From: Dicyema japonicum
Taxonomy: Eukaryota > Animalia > Dicyemida
Direction: 5' to 3'
NCBI GenBank assembly: GCA_011109175.1
Contig: RDEW01000027.1
Span: forward strand, 401,629-465,628
DNA: 64,000 nucleotides
Shown here: piece by piece, positions 22,260-34,612 of the stretch
How positions within the stretch are numbered: the first letter of the stretch is position 1
How the letters are laid out: every line of letters begins with the position of its first letter
Notes under the pieces: model-generated
Told to the model about the DNA's origin: nothing
The model's database searches: none
What the model saw: the letters and a program-made list of their open reading frames with translations, nothing else
Position numbers and translations under genes: made by a program

Positions 22260-24541
22260 TTTTCGAAGGGTCCTTTCTGATCTTTGCCTTCTTCAATTCC
22301 TAAAAGGTACCATGTGATCCATTAGTTAAAAGAGACGTCCAGCGCCTGGCCGGGATACAAAATGAATCTAGCTCTTCCCTACTCCATTGAATGGGTTCCC
22401 ACAATGGTGGATATGGATGAACTGATGCTCGGAAAAAATGCGTCTCACTTTGACAATGAGAACTGGAATTCTTAGTTTACACTTTTAAAATATGACTTTT
22501 ACTATAAAAGAATTATTGTTTATTTTAATTTTATAGCACGTGGTGACTCTATGCGTTTACTTCACCATTAAGATGTTTAGTGGTGGAATAAGTAAAAAAC
22601 GAAAATAAACTCAAAACATTTACCAAACCAAGACCGTTAGATAAAATTACACTAATTAACGAAATAGAGTTTGCAGCCAATATTGGCGTCATTCGAATAT
22701 ATTTTTGTCACATTTTCATTTTTGGTGAGAATATAAACATGAGCTTTGCTTTCAAAATTCTCATTCTGAATTAAGTAAGTTCCATAGCCAAATTTTCCAA
22801 TTTCATTAACAAAGTAGCCATAATAAAATTTTTCCATGGATGGTGATTTATATTGGATCCACCCATTGTCCAGAATATTCATGAAACTCAATTCTGTGTT
22901 CATCTCCAAAAAGTCACAATTCAAGGTCATCAGAGAACAGATTTTGTTGTTTAGTGCCACTTCGTTAGACGGAGCTGATTTTCTACTGAGCCTCATTGGT
23001 ATCACAATTGAGGTTAACAAAACTAAAAATTACTCAATTAATAAATACTGGCTACTAAGAAGAGTGATATGACAGATTTGCCAATAAGTGAGTTTCTTGA
23101 TGTCTTGGTTTTCATTTTGGCTATTTCAGCATTGGTGGTTCTGGCAACTGATGATGTGGCAAAGAGCTCGTTTAATGTCTGTGAAACTTCCTTCTTTGAA
23201 GTTACTTCCATAAATGGATACATCGGATCTGATTTTACTTCTCGCTTGTGAAAAAGTGTATTAAGGAATGGAAAGCCTAAAAAGATTACATTTAGTAAAA
23301 ACCTTTAATGGATTCGCTTTTAGAGAATTGATTTTTGGGTATACGCTCCAAGAAAGTTACTTGATTTTCGAATGAGGGCTCTAGGTCAAAGTCTGATCCT
23401 ACTGCAAAAACATATGATGCATGTGATCTTTCCGTCAAAGATTTTTCGCTTGATGTCTGTGAAGTTTCTGCCAAGGATTTTTTGCTTGGTGTCTTTGAAG
23501 CTTCTGCCAAGGATTTTTCGCTTGGTGTCTTTGAAGCTTCTGCCAAGGATTTTTCGCTTGATGTCTTTGAAGCTTCTGCCAAGGATTTTTCGCTTGATGT
23601 CTTTGAAGCTTCTGCCAAGGATTTTTCGCTTGATGTCTTTGAAGCTTCTGCCAAGGATTTTTCGCTGATGTCTTTGAAGCTTCCGCCGAAGATTTTTTGC
23701 TGATGTCTTTGAAGCTTCCGCCGATGATTTTTTGCTTGATGTCTTTGAAGCTTCTGCCAAGGATTTTTCGCTTGGTGTCTTTGAAGCTTCCGCCGAGGAT
23801 TTTTTGCTCATTGGTAACTCTTGATAAATATCTGAATAGGAATCAGATTCCCTTTCTGAATATGTGGTTGACTTGGCAATTGATGAATGCTCACTTGGAA
23901 TCTTGGAATCGGAAGCTGGAGTCCAAACCAAACCTGAATCACGTTGAGTGGATTCTTCAATTGGCTCAATTAATACATCGCTTTCGTGTAAATGCGGAAA
24001 ATCTTGATTTTCATAGTTCATTACAGGTTTTCTACTTATAATTTTGAACCGGGAGTTAAAAGTTTTAGACTTCATAATACTATCATAGATCGAGAAGGTA
24101 GACTTGGGGAATGCTGCAGTTGTAGTTTCAGGGACAGAGGTAGTTGGTAGAGTAGTTTCAGAAACTGTAGTTGTTGGAGTGGTTGTAGTTGTAGGTTCAA
24201 TAGTTGTTGTAGTCTTCTCTATGACTGCAATGATCTCCGGTAAGGATGTTGTCTCAGGTACAATAGTAATGGCTGGGGTTGTTTTCTCCTCTGTTGTAGT
24301 GGTTACTGAGATGGTTGGAGTACTCGTTACTTGTCTAGTTGTAGGTTTATCTTCCATATTGCAATCTTCTTCTGATTTGCCCATAATAACAAATTTTTCC
24401 AAGATAATATCTTTATAAGATTGTCCAGAATCACTGTTAGAGTCAACTCTGTAAATTTCAGATTTCCCGTTGGAATCAGTCTCACTCATACTACGGCTGT
24501 CTATTTTGTTGATAAAATTATATTAAACCTTGTGAACTCAT
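22260..24541 (-). CDS. Unknown Ser/Thr-rich, tandem-repeat, single-pass membrane protein; frameshifted in the repeat array, 3' end unresolved
   Basis: Probable start MSSQ at 24541, then a 28-nt intron, a Thr-rich tract and (SEKSLAEASKTS)n. Two 26-nt introns lead to the hydrophobic helix SVISLFLVAILLTSIVIPM and a globular region (ORF 22652-23020). A further open exon-like block lies at 22470-22311. Confidence 0.65.
23440..23812. repeat. Coding minisatellite: ten 36-bp units (two are 35 bp) plus a partial unit
   Basis: Unit GATTTTTCGCTTGATGTCTTTGAAGCTTCTGCCAAG. The units at 23656-23690 and 23691-23725 each lack one T. Confidence 0.95.
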
Positions 24542-25379
24542 TTGCTAGTAAAAACGTATAAATTTTGTTTTATTTCGAGTATTCACTTATTAAAGGAATG
24601 ATTGTAACTCGATTTGTATATAACATTGTTTCTAATATTCGTTACAATTATTGCCTATTTTATGACAATTTAGGAGAGTCGTATTGCCCCATAAAGAAAT
24701 AACTAGTTTTTAGAGAATAAAGATTAAGACAATTTACATTAAGTCAATGCTATTTTCAGTCATTAATGGAAGGTCTTTGGACATCCGGAAGCCTCGTCTA
24801 GCGTGGTCATGGAGGACATATTACTTTGACTTCCTTATTGACGAGGAGGGTAATTTTATGGAACATACTAAAATACGGAAGAAAATAGGTTGAAAAAAAT
24901 TCAGGGAAAGAGTATAGAATTTGGCACAAGAGACAAAAGTTGTGTGGCAGAGAAATACTGAGAGAGGAAACAGGATAAGGAGAGTACCTGACTAATCAGG
25001 TCGAACGAAGATGTCGAAATGAACGTCTATCCAGAATAAAATAAAGAAATCTGTTTCCAAAAGCCATCGTCGTAGCGTCTTAGCGAACGTTAAAAACCAC
25101 TTCGCGGAAAATAAAATCAATACGAGAGAGTTTGTTCAGGATGGAGAAATAAGGGGTCGTCCTAAGGATTTAAGAAATTATTTGAATGGAGAAACTGTTC
25201 CATGAGAAGCACAGAGAGGTATGACCATCAAGAAGACTTTTGTCGCACAAACTTTTCCCATCGCAGTCATTCATATGAGAACGAGGGAATACACGATTTC
25301 GCCGCGTGTTGAAATATTTTTTTTGACAAAAATTATTTGAAAAACAATGAAATCATATATCAGATAGTCCACAATTAGA

Positions 25380-26100
25380 AATTTAGCATGTATCTCTGTT
25401 CTGTTCAATACCTTCTTAGGCCAAGCGGGAACCGATATTTCTAGATCTCAAAAGACCGTATTTTCGGGTCTTCTAAGGGGTGTATTTTCCAGATGTTGAG
25501 AAGAAACGGGGAAGTTTGGTGATTTTTTAGATGTCCAAAGAAAAAAGAAAATCTGAAAGGGTTTCCCTGATAGACCTGAGGACAAGGGTATTCGATATTC
25601 CAATTGTAGAAAGCGTTCTGATGACTATTCAATCCGCACAGAATGTGTTGCGGCTTCTTAGTCGAGCTCTAGTTCTACTCCACTTGAGGAGGGTTAAGAG
25701 AATGTGCAACTACGGGAATAGACCTCTTGCAGACGATCCTGGCAGCTAGCTTTCTGAAAACAAGCCTACAGCGATCTGAAGGGCTCCCTTTCCTTCTTAT
25801 CAGAGGCGATCGTGTTGCAAAGGACAAGATGTGTCGGTTTGTCTCAGGTAGACTTCCCGGAATCACAGATAGAGGATATAAGGTGGACAGCCGGAACTCC
25901 AACAGACAAGGGAGTGAAGTTTTTTTTCAAATAACTGGGTCTTGTACTATACAAGCCAATACTGCTGCAAAAAGTACTCCATCTTTCAAAGTAATTAAGG
26001 TGCTCACTTTGGCAGATAATGGAACGAATCACAGTTTGTAAGAGGGAGGTGGTTTTCTGTCCAATGATGGTTTTTGTGGTCTTTTTGAAGAAGAGACTGT
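25380..26100 (-). mobile_element. Degenerate CRE-like RT fragment
   Basis: PGSLPET...IAVGLVFRKLAARIVCKR...LNPPQV resembles the RLE-clade RT N-terminal motif (RPIAVG..LRRL..K). Confidence 0.65.
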
Positions 26101-27239
26101 CTTAATAGCAGCACGAGTTCCTCCTTCTGACGTGATCGGGATGACATACCCCATTTTCGCGTGTTGAAATCTCGTTTTTTCCCTCAATTCAACGTTCCAC
26201 TAAAAAACATGTTTTTTTTGAGTTTTTGGAAATAGTCTGTGCAACATTACAAGCGAACTAGGTTAGAAACTACGAGCGAAAATCCCCAAGTTCGGATAGG
26301 TCGAAATTTAATTTTCATAAAATAGTGTTAATTTACGTTTTAGAGATCAATCGGTGTCGAAAACGATATCAATGAAGTTATACTGGTTTGACACTGATTT
26401 GGCCAAAATAACCTTGATGGTAAACCATTAACATTAATTTTACGTTAAATGACCTTTGAAGAACCTTAAAATTTGGCTATTTTCTAAATTTCTGGATCGC
26501 TTGTCGTGAATAGGAAAAGGGATGAGAGAGAAACTGACATATTGTGCGCTTTCGTTGCAAACGCTTTTTCAATTTGAGAATTGTTAACTATTTTTGCTGT
26601 ATATATTGCGATCGGGTTTTTAAATTTTATTTTAAAAAATTATGCCAGGTCCAAGGATGTCTATCGCACACTTTAATAAGCAATAGGCGGATGCCAGTAA
26701 TGTAAGTTCTTGTCTCCCGGAATTGTATATTCCGACATCATACGTGAAGGGGTTTCGATCCTGTACAGACTCAGAAAATCCTCAGGTGTGATGACAATTG
26801 TTTTGATCATTGATGGGTGGAAAGGTCTTTTTTTGTAATGACGTTTTTCTTGAATAGCTTTTTCGGTAGCAGACTCGTCACTACCAGTGATCGATCCGAA
26901 ATCCAAGACGAGATCTATTTGCTTGAATGTTTCGAGTGATTGTCCGAGCTCCTGCTTGTAAAACTAATTGGAGGAAGGATATCTTCCTTCGGGTGTTCGT
27001 TTGACTCGGATAAATATACCTCGCCAAACGTATGTCGCTGAAAGCCGAGACAGTTTTCTGCATCTTTTTGAGAAAGCCTTTCGTATGATCTTCTAATATT
27101 CTATCCACATCCTGACGTTTTCTTCGGAGGTTTGTTGTGCGTGAAAAACTCTTTTTTGGCTAACAATGAAGTTTTTTTGGTTAAGGTGGTTACATCCCTC
27201 TATAGCACTTAGTGCTGGTAATGTCTCAAAAACACTATG

Positions 27240-29600
27240 GACGAAAGAATTTCAGCTTCATGACTTTTAATGTGAGAAGAATCAGTTCTGAAATACAAAA
27301 AAATCAGCTTTGCCAAGATCTACGCAGTACGGAGTAATTGCTGCATGCCTTCAGGAAACTAAAGTATCCACCGAATTGGATGAAGCCTATAGGGAATACA
27401 GATTTCTGTTTCTGAGACCGGACTGTAGCACTATGGAATGACTTTGAAGTGCATCAAAGAATTACAATAGAAAAGTATTGGAAAATCAATGACAGGATTT
27501 GCATAATCCAGGTTAGTAATAAATTACTACAATCCAGCAAAACATATGACCACTTGGATTGGTCAGATAAAAAGTGGAAATGAGATAATACCTATTTACA
27601 ATCAGGTAGACTACATGTTATGCAAAGAAAAATTCAAAGGAATGCCATTCATGATCATAGAAAAATTCAAAGGAATGCCATTCACGCTTCCAGCTATTTC
27701 TAAGCAGTCATTTCTCATTTCAAATTAACAAAGGCGCAATTGCGAAAAACAGAGCACGAGGATCTCGGTTGAATCATTGAACACAAATGCTGACATTCGG
27801 AAAGTGGTCTTTGGAATTAATCTTAATTTGTGGAAAGGATCAACAACATATCTCGAGATTACCTGAAACCTGTCAACCCGACCAAATTTGGAACGGAATT
27901 GCCAGCGAATTATAAGCTCAGCCTCGAGTTTATTAAAGCTGGTCTCAACAAGGCCTACAACCAACATTCTATATAAAGAAATTCAAGAGTTGTGAGAATC
28001 AAAAAAACTTACGACACAGAAACGAATGCAACCTTAAAAAGAAGAGTTAAAAAAGAGAAGGGGAATACAGAGAAATATAAAGAAAATAATGAAGGACTTC
28101 ACGAACTGATCTCAATAACATTACCTTGGAACTAGAAAAAATAGATCACAGTCCTAAAATGTTCAGGGCAATCAGAATTCTGAATAAATCAAATATATCT
28201 AAAAAACTAAAATAACGAATGGAGGAGGAAAATACATAACAGAATTAAAAGAACGTGCTAAGTTGATTGCTTCCCATTTCAAAAACCAATTCCACAACGA
28301 GGGCCACAAAATTAAACAATTTACTTGCAATCACAGCCCTCTAAATGACCCAATTACACACGAAGAGGTTCTGAACGCTATCACAAGCTAAAAAATATCA
28401 CTAGCTCAGAAATAGATGGAAAAAATGGAGAACTCATAAAAATGATTCCGAATTATTGACAAAAAATTGTCAACATTTATAACAAAATTTTTGAAACGCA
28501 TATACCTTACTACTGGAGAAGACCTTATCACAGTCCAAAAATCCAGGGAAAAATCAGTCCTGTCGAAAACCTCCGGCCAATTATACTACTGAAGATTTTC
28601 TCAAATGTTGTGCGTAAAAAAATAAGTCCGGAGGTGGAAGAATATTTATTTCCTACTCAAAGCGAATTCAAAAGCAATCGATCTACTTCAGACATTGTAT
28701 GGGCCCATCGATGTTGATGTGCTATGAACTGTCTGAAAAATTTTTCTACTCATGTTGGGGTACCACAGGGGGATTCCTTATCTATCTATCTCGAAGCGCC
28801 ACTGTGGGTCATGTGGCATAACAGAATTTATGCCGACGACATAGACTATGTTTTCCGAATAGATGGGCGATTTACAAAATATCCTAAAACGTGAACCCAA
28901 AATATCGAAACATGGTCACTGAAAATGAATATCCAAAAAACGGGCATAACAACATTGAAAAGAGAGGCTCAGTCAGCTGAAGAAACACAAAGAAGAGTGA
29001 AGAAGTTAGGGTCTCTACTAGAAGACTGGGAAGACATTAAAAAAGGAAAACTTTAGTAAAAATAGACTAAAGAAAATACAGTCCAGGTGGATGGGTAGTC
29101 CCATGTATCATTAAAGACAGAAATGCAGCTTTACAACGTCTTTCCCGTGTTTCTGTACAACTCTGGACATGGGGCGTCAATCAGTCACACGGGGAAAAAA
29201 TAAATTCCCACCACAGAAACCAGCTACGATCGCTGATGAAATCAGGATTCTAAAAAGGATTTATAACAATGAGTTGTACGGAATATGCAATTCACAGCAG
29301 ATCGAATCAACGGCCAAAAGGGAAAGGTGGAAGTTATTTTGACATATACTAAGAATAGATCAACAGTTCCAGCAAACAATGCTCTGGAAGTTACTTCTAA
29401 AGCAGTTATGGATACCTGCGTCCACATTACTCTCTTCCTATTGCAATTGCAATTCACAAAATTCTCGAGTCCTCCGAAAAATTGCCTTCTCTGGGAAAAC
29501 GTCAAAGAATCTAACATGGAAAAATGTCACGATATAGCAGAAACGACTAGAAGATTACTTTCTTTTAGCTGCGATCTTAGAGGCCTTTTCTTTGATCGAC
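27240..29600 (+). mobile_element. Degenerate RTE-like LINE (APE plus RT)
   Basis: TFNVRR..LQETK, NQVDY, LRPIILL, VGVPQGDSLS and YADDIDY, with many stops. Confidence 0.8.
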
Positions 29601-30855
29601 TCTTTCTATTTTGACAAAACGTCCACAATCGTGATGTGCATAACGGTTCGCATATTTGGTACTTTTCTTGATGTGTATATTATTTGTGTTAGAGTTACTT
29701 TTTGTAATTGTAGTGGAAGTTGAACTGTTTATAAATATATTACTCATTTTTGTTATTATTTATTTATTTATTTTAAAACCCCAAGACCACAAAGAGAGAA
29801 AGAATTAACTTGCTAAATTAAGTGATCCCAACATCTAAAATCTCTCGAATTCTCTTCGAATGCTCCATCAGTGAACCAAGAGCGTTTCTGAAGTGTCTTC
29901 TTTTATTTCTGCAGAGGAATTATATCGGAGTGCACTTTTTTAATGCCGATCTGAATTCCTCAGCATGAATCACCCTCTCTCTGAATGGGTTTCCTAGCTC
30001 ATTGCACATACGTAAGAAGACCCAGTAAATTTAAAAATTGCCAATATTTTTATTTTTAGCCAAAATTTTTGATTAGTATTCTTGTATATTTTATGCTTAA
30101 TCCTGCTTATTAAAGATTTTCTGTCTATAGATATTAACCAGAGGTCGATGCCGTTTATGACTTCACCATTAAGGAAGATATTCCTTGCACCGTTTGTTCC
30201 CGGGTAACAAGCGAAGCTTGGGATCCATTGTTTTGATTGTTCCTAGTTCTTTCGCCTGGGGATGTCAGGTTGTTGAGAAAGTTTTTGAAACCTTTGTTTT
30301 TGGATTTATTTGCCCCGACAGTCTAAGACCCAAAAATTGATTTCCTTACTGGATTTACTAAATCCTTCAATAATGTCTGTCCTGTTTTGGATCGTCCATC
30401 GATCACGTCAGAAGAAAATCTACTTCTTGCGTCGAGGTTACGAGTACAGAGACGAATTCCTTTGAGGATCCCAAGGTCAGTGATGGTGGTGGCGGCCGAG
30501 GCTCTAGCCAACGCTGAAGACAGCTTATGAACACTTGACCAACTCTAACACCTATCAGAGCTAATACAGTGAGAGAAAGTTATATACTCTAATATCACGT
30601 ATATTTTTGATTCAATCAATCTGCGCCACTATTCAAGCGTAAATGAAAATTTTGGCTGACTTTTGGTTGAATTAGATTCCTTTTCCAGGTTTTGTTGGAC
30701 AGACCTCTAAAAAAATCAGCTACGGAGGTGTCAAGTGAAATTAAAGTATCATTTTAATGTTTGGAAAACCAACTTTTTTGTATACGAACAATGGAAGTTA
30801 TTTATAAATGAAAAAATGTTCGAATTATACTAAAAATATGCTATTAAACACGTCA

Positions 30856-31320
30856 GGGGGCGTCCCAGGTGTCCGTGAGTGCAAGGACAAGCCGAGCGTC
30901 TGAAACAGACGTTTAAATTTTTGATTTGTTCGACATGCTTGTCAAGGAATTTAAATTTCAAGTGGATTGACATAATCCGTCACAGAAATTAATGGTGGCG
31001 ACTTAAAAATATAATGAGGCTTCATCTTGAATAAGTTCTACTTTTTACGTGGAGTAACAAAATAGAAAAGTAGTTCGGTGACAACAGTAGATTGGCTAAT
31101 GCTTATCCGAGAGATGTATGCACATGAATTGATTACGTCGACAAAATCAACAATCAGTATTTTCTGTTCAGTTAACGATAGGTGGTGAGGGAATAATTTT
31201 AGAAATAGTAACATCTCGTTTATTTGAAATGGATACAGTGTTATTTAAAAAATCAAATAGTGTAATAATCCAAATTTTACGGTTACCAAGACATGTAATA
31301 TATCATTTCGATAACAGCCC
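30856..31320 (+). mobile_element. Possible non-autonomous hAT remnant
   Basis: Begins with the TIR-like CAGGGGGCGTCCC and contains a decayed segment resembling the hAT dimerization-domain end (RL.....ERD...IDY). Confidence 0.3.
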
Positions 31321-31429
31321 TCACAATTTTAATATAAAAAAATTAACAATACAGACAACCACAACAACGTGGCAACCGCACACCAAATAATACAGTAATA
31401 ATAATAAACACCAGAGACCACGGTTTACA

Positions 31430-32040
31430 CAAACTAACTAATCACGTGATCCCAGCACACTCTAGCAGGGAACTCATCTTGGCCCGATGCTCCTCCCTCG
31501 ACTCCATACAAGCACGTATCGGTCGAGTGAGTGGACCTTCGCAGTCACGACGGCGCGTTCCATTATTCATTCGTATCAAGGCTTCAAGAGGCATTGGTGG
31601 CTGAACTCTTCAGAAATTCAGCGTTCCGTGATTTTGGAGGCTCTTTTCCGGCTAGCCTCGATCTTCAAGACATTCGTCCAAGAGATGAATGGGCCCCATA
31701 TACCACATGAATAAAAGATGCATGGTTCAATGAATTGTTTATATAAAGTGCTCAAAACAGTATGCTTTTTGATCTTCCATAAGCCTGTGAGGCATTTCAG
31801 AACACTTTTCGCATTTCGTAATTACGTTTTCAACATGGGGCGAGAATGACATATGCATGTCAAAAGTCACCTCATGGATCTTTTGGGATTTTTTGAAAGG
31901 AATAGCTTCATTGTTTGCCTTTAGTTCGACCGTCTGGGAAGACAAGCTATCCCTGTGAGGATCCTCGAGGCCGTACGACCTGTTGCTGTGGAGGCCCTCT
32001 CCAAAGCGATCGAAGATACCCTTCGAACTAACGCAGTACA
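31430..32040 (-). mobile_element. I-like LINE 3' fragment
   Basis: EVTFDMHMSFSPHVENVITKC (ORF 31739-31945) and a 3' end GGGATCACGTGATTAGTTAG. Confidence 0.6.
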
Positions 32041-32044
32041 GATT

Positions 32045-34150
32045 GGGTGCTCCTTTTCAGTTTAGCGAGTTTCGCACTGGGACTTGATCGAGATGGTCAC
32101 GGAAAGGAGTATCTCGCTAACACCATGAGGACAAACATTCGTTCTTTTATGGGAGGAACCCACATCCCCAGTTGCCCCACAGCTTCTAACTGTACGCGGG
32201 AGACACGTGGTACAAACGAGGAAGTCGAAGTGCTTCGTCTCAAAAGAACTGTTCGGTCAAAGTTAATCGAAAGTGGTACCTGCGCAACCATCAGTGCACT
32301 TTCCTCAAGTAGACCCGCGAAAACTGACTCCCTAGGAGACCAGGGACTTCGTCTTACGAATTCAATTACTTCACTTATGAGCCGGATCCTGTCTGCAGTA
32401 CTACCCGAAGTTATCCGCCATGGAATGTTCTCTGCCAATTTTATAGCTTTCGATAAGAAGGCGGCAGAGTACGACCGGTTGAGGTCGGGTTTGTCTTCAG
32501 AAGACTGGATGCTAAAATTGCCTCCCGATATTCTATTCCACTCGTCACACAATTCTTGACCCACCTTAAGTAGGCGTCGGTGTTCACATAATGCGAGGCC
32601 GTTATCCATTAGTGAGGACATTCCTAATCGCAGTATAGAAGATTCCGGGGCATGTCCTGGTCAAACTGGACATCAAAACGGCTTCATTAGTCTAAGGAGG
32701 GACGATATCCTGGAGGCGTGTATTGAGAGATGCCCTAATATTTTTCGAAATTGTGAGTCAGTCATAGGACCTACCTTCATCCTTACTTTTCGGGGACTAC
32801 CTTATCCCTTCGTATTCCGGAGTGAAACAGGGAGATCCCCTTGGACCCTAATTGTTTTGTCTTGCAATAGAGAAAATCACAAAAACTTCCGCGCTCCCAC
32901 CTAAACTTATGGTATCTGGATGATGCGGTCCTCGGAGGTCCCCAGATACTGTTTTCCGGGATTTTGAGGTGATAATTCCAGCACTGTTGAAAGTTGGACT
33001 GGAATTATTATTATTAAATGTGAAATCTACAATTGTGGACTTTCAGAAGAAAGTATTAAAAAGCTATGTCATCTTTCGCGAATTTACTCTTGGAATTATT
33101 TCTACGCCGATTAAGACCTTATATTCCTTGGATTCCCAATCACCATAAATGCAATGGGGATAGCTATACGTAAAAAACGACGGTTACTCGAAAAGACTTT
33201 GATTCGCTTGTGTCTATTTGGCATACAAACATCATTATTCCTCCTGAAAAAAAGTCTCAATGTACAGAAGCATATGTCTTGAGGACTGCTCCTTATATCA
33301 CTCAGTGTGACCAACTCGAACAGATTAACGGGATCTTCCGTTCGATAGCGTAGTGTATATTCAACGTCCAGTTCGATGATTACTCATGGAAGCAAACCAC
33401 GCTGCCATTAGACTCGGAGGGTTTGGAATTCGCAACCCTGTAGACGTTTCTCTCCCTGCATATCTCTCGTCGCTAGTGGCTTGTAACACCCTTGTCAAGA
33501 GGATTTTACACTCCCTTCCTGAATTCTCTATTGAAAAAGAACCCCGGCCATGCTCATGATACTTGGAGCCGTACTAATCTGCATTCCTGCTTTCCGCGTT
33601 CTTTTAGCGGGACCTGGATGATGCTGTATGCATGACTTCTTTTGAAGATTTATATGGCCAACATCGCCGTGTCTGTTTTTTGTCAGGACGTCTTCCTAGA
33701 CCGGTGCCTGGCTCAACGCCGTTCCTAATGGAGTTTTGGGTACCTTTCAGGATGATGAATGCGTCCGTATTGGGATCTCAACGACTCGGATTAAAAGTCT
33801 GTGTTCCACATCGGTGCCGATGCGGAAACCAGATTGATTGTTTTTGGCCTAAATCCTCTCTCCTGCAGGAAGAGTGCAGGTAGATTTCCCAGACACATGG
33901 CCTTGATAGAAGTCGATAGGCCAGCTTTGGACGCCGCCGGACACCCCTCCATGCTCAAACCAGTCGGTCTTTCAGACGTGCGGAAAACGACCAGATCTCG
34001 TTCGCCATTTATTTAATAACCCCAAAGTCGATAGTGCCGTCACTAAGGGAGTCCATTGTCATGGCATAAATCCCACTCGCCATCCTGAGAGGGAATAGCC
34101 ACGTAGTCAGGGCAGCCGCTATATGACCATTTGCTCTCTTTTCTTTTAAA
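32045..34150 (+). mobile_element. Long degenerate CRE-like retrotransposon (RT plus partly deleted RLE domain)
   Basis: ILSAVLPEVIRHGMFSANFIAFDKK, GVKQGDPLGP, YLDDAV, LPLRLGGFGIR and [17 protein letters not shown]. Closely similar to 13860-15030. Contains filler DNA at 33996-34076. Confidence 0.85.
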
Positions 34151-34612
34151 AAAAATTGATCAATTAATTATTATTTTTATTAAAAATTTGTTAATGTGTC
34201 CTTTGACTTTGGAAAAAGTTTACAAGATCTTCTATATTTGGGATTCTTTGTAATAGCTACTCTGATGTCTTCTACTTTGTGGATACTCAAATTATTACGC
34301 TTCTTACTCATCACAGGTTAAGTAAGTTCTTTTCTTAACAAATTGGAGAGCGTAGTGACCCAGAAGTGTAGTTGCTAGCCTTTATTTTCCAGACCACGGA
34401 AATTATTACTCTATGGTATATTTCGATTGAGGCCGACATTGAAATTCCGAGAGTGTTCAGGGCACTAAGATGACATTTAATACTCATTTTTCAAACAATA
34501 TGTGGGCACACTAGTAACAACCGGGGTCACAATCCTAAGTGATTTTACCCAAACAAGTATTATGAATAATTTGATGACAAATGAAACCAGTTTAGTAAAT
34601 CCCAACCAAATA

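Noticed and set aside
23440-23812. 36-bp repeats as a CRISPR array
   Set aside because: Units are head-to-tail with no spacers, encode a 12-aa peptide repeat, and lie in a eukaryotic intron-containing gene with no cas genes.
24104-24418. Val-rich plus-strand ORF, and other plus-strand ORFs over 23372-24041
   Set aside because: Antisense shadows of the Thr-rich and repeat coding strand.
32097-32621. 174-aa minus-strand ORF
   Set aside because: Antisense to the CRE-like RT, whose motifs are on the plus strand.
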